Virus record (IMG/VR): IMGVR_UViG_3300025635_000146
Coordinates: 1-24,921 of that record
From: a virus
Taxonomy: Duplodnaviria; Caudoviricetes
DNA: 24,921 nt
Strand: one strand, 5' to 3'
Each line of letters starts with the position of its first letter. Within the stretch, counting starts at the first letter, position 1. The notes beneath the pieces are model-generated. The model was not told where the DNA came from, ran no database searches, and saw only the letters and a program-made list of their open reading frames with translations. Shown piece by piece: positions 23,278 to 24,921 of the stretch. The translations under genes and the position numbers were made by a program.

Positions 23278-24920
23278 CAGGTTGTGTACCCGCGGGTGTC
23301 GCCGAAGTCAGCATCGAGGATGACCTTACCCAACTGGTAGTCTCCACCAACGACATCAGAGACGAACTTCAGACGCAAGATTCGACGCTGCTCCTTCATG
23401 TCGATCTTGCTTGTGTTGTCATCAAACGTATAGGGGCCGGTGATCTTGTCAGGTTGCTGCGGATACGGACGACCCACGATGTACAGATCCATCGTTCCGT
23501 CGAGCAAGAAGTCAGGCTCCACCCGCTCCAGACGGGTCCACTTGTTCTCACCCACAGGAGAGAACTGAGAAGGACCGCCCGCGATAACACCGAGGTCAGA
23601 GGTCGTGAAGTAACTCTCGATGGCGTTGACCATCGTGCCCTTCACTTCATCTTTCCCGACCTCGTGCTGCCACAGAGAAACCGCATCGTTGACAGCATCA
23701 ACGGTGATCTCTACGTCAGCGCCGCTTCCAAAACTGGCCGTCAGGGTGTTTCCTACAACGTACCCAGATCCCTTGTCTTCTATGGTGACCTTCGTGACGA
23801 TCCCGCCATAAACCTCAAAGGTAGCGGACGCTCCGGTCCCCGCGCCTCCGGTCAAGGAGATGTAGGGGTAGGTTCCGTCGGTGTAGCCGGTCCCGGCGTT
23901 GGTGATGGAAACTCGAGTGATCGTCCCGGTAGCGTTGGCCTCCCATCCCGCCTCCAAGGGGAAGCGGAAGACCTGAGAGAAGTAGCCCGCAGATCGACGG
24001 GATCCAAGAGCGCTTCCGGCGTCATACCAAGCGTTCTCTCGGATGTTGTACATGACAGCATCCGTGGCCTCTGTGTCGTCTCCTCGAGGGTAGAGCCACC
24101 AGACCTCACCAAAACGAGGCACCTTCGTCACCCACACCTTCTGCCGAAGGTTGTAGTTGATGTTATCGAAGAAGTAGTTCTGGTTCAGGTCGTTGGGGAT
24201 CTCCTTCACCACACCGTTGTAGAGAAGGAAGCGGTCCACGCCGCACCAGAAGTAGATGCCGTCGTACTCGATGATGGACTGCGCCGACAGCAAAGAGGAC
24301 TGGCTCGTGATGATGTCGTAGCGCCAGTATTGAGTGATCGTCGTTCCGCCAACCACGATGTTGGTTGGGTTGTAGGAGACGCGAATCAGGGAATCCAAAG
24401 ACCAGAACAGGCCAGAAGGGGCGTTAGAACCACCGCGAACAGGCAGGCCTTGGACGATCTTCCCAGTGGCCACGTTCACCGCGTTGGCTTCTGCAGAGGT
24501 CCAGTCGTCGATATTGCCTGCAGCGCAGTTACGGATCAGCCCGTCATTGCCGTACACGAAGACGTAGGGGTGCAGAGTGACAACTCCACCGGAGACGTTG
24601 ATCTCGTTGTCAAAGATCAGATCCACATTGGAGCCGTTGGCCGTGGCGTTCTGGGTCAGCGTCAGCGTCGTGGTGCTGATTGAGAGCACCTTGGTGCCTG
24701 CAGCGATGCCCGGACCACGAACAGTCTGTCCTGCGCCGATGTTCAGGTTGGCGACAGACAGAGTGACCGTTGGAGACCCGGAGGTGATCGTCGCCGCTTC
24801 TTGAGAAAACACACCTGCGGCGTACAGGATCGTCCCGGTGATTGGGCCAATCAGCAGGGGAGTGTTGACCTGAGAATCAATGTTGTTCAGGTCTTGCGAG
24901 GGATGCGCCAAAAGGAGGTT
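23277..24920 (-). CDS. Tail hub/DNA stabilization protein (P22 gp10/T7 gp12-like), 5' end truncated
   Basis: Frame is open to the window edge; beta-propeller-like sequence (YFWCGVDRFLLYNGVVKEIP, FGEVWWLYPRG, YN..EN.WY, LWQHE); lies upstream of the ejection-like genes. Confidence 0.7.
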   Translation of the reverse strand, partial: NLLLAHPSQDLNNIDSQVNTPLLIGPITGTILYAAGVFSQEAATITSGSPTVTLSVANLNIGAGQTVRGPGIAAGTKVLSISTTTLTLTQNATANGSNVDLIFDNEINVSGGVVTLHPYVFVYGNDGLIRNCAAGNIDDWTSAEANAVNVATGKIVQGLPVRGGSNAPSGLFWSLDSLIRVSYNPTNIVVGGTTITQYWRYDIITSQSSLLSAQSIIEYDGIYFWCGVDRFLLYNGVVKEIPNDLNQNYFFDNINYNLRQKVWVTKVPRFGEVWWLYPRGDDTEATDAVMYNIRENAWYDAGSALGSRRSAGYFSQVFRFPLEAGWEANATGTITRVSITNAGTGYTDGTYPYISLTGGAGTGASATFEVYGGIVTKVTIEDKGSGYVVGNTLTASFGSGADVEITVDAVNDAVSLWQHEVGKDEVKGTMVNAIESYFTTSDLGVIAGGPSQFSPVGENKWTRLERVEPDFLLDGTMDLYIVGRPYPQQPDKITGPYTFDDNTSKIDMKEQRRILRLKFVSDVVGGDYQLGKVILDADFGDTRGYTT

Positions 24921-24921
24921 G

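Noticed and set aside
23454-24683. 409-aa plus-strand ORF
   Set aside because: Antisense shadow of the tail hub gene, with no recognisable motifs.

Overview
Fragment of a tailed dsDNA phage genome, probably podovirus-like: a P22 gp10-like tail hub gene followed by putative ejection-protein genes. No host genes, integrase, tRNA or canonical CRISPR array were seen. Layout: (i) 1-7193, leftward early/replication arm: Cro/YdaS-like regulator, a structured leader RNA, O-like initiator, DUF6475/loader-like protein, PD-(D/E)XK nuclease, RuvC-like resolvase, Ref-like HNH nuclease, then accessory genes. (ii) 7295-13105, rightward early arm: TGT/DpdA-like protein plus YhhQ/VUT transporter, SSB-like protein, exonuclease and many small ORFs. 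(iii) 13172-24921, leftward virion genes ending at a UUCG terminator, including a 2142-aa mosaic protein. The standout is a compact module at 986-2387: a stand-alone Cas7/RAMP-like gene followed directly by a 263-nt non-coding array of 47 GG(Y/A)-NN pentamers. GGCA-type tetramers divide the array into 5 units, and a 151-aa accessory gene follows it. The variable NN dinucleotides of each unit read like codon positions 1-2 of plausible peptides, which suggests gapped, wobble-skipping RNA guides. From memory this resembles the recently reported phage VIPR systems; that was not verified here. All family calls come from motif recognition by eye, with no database searches.
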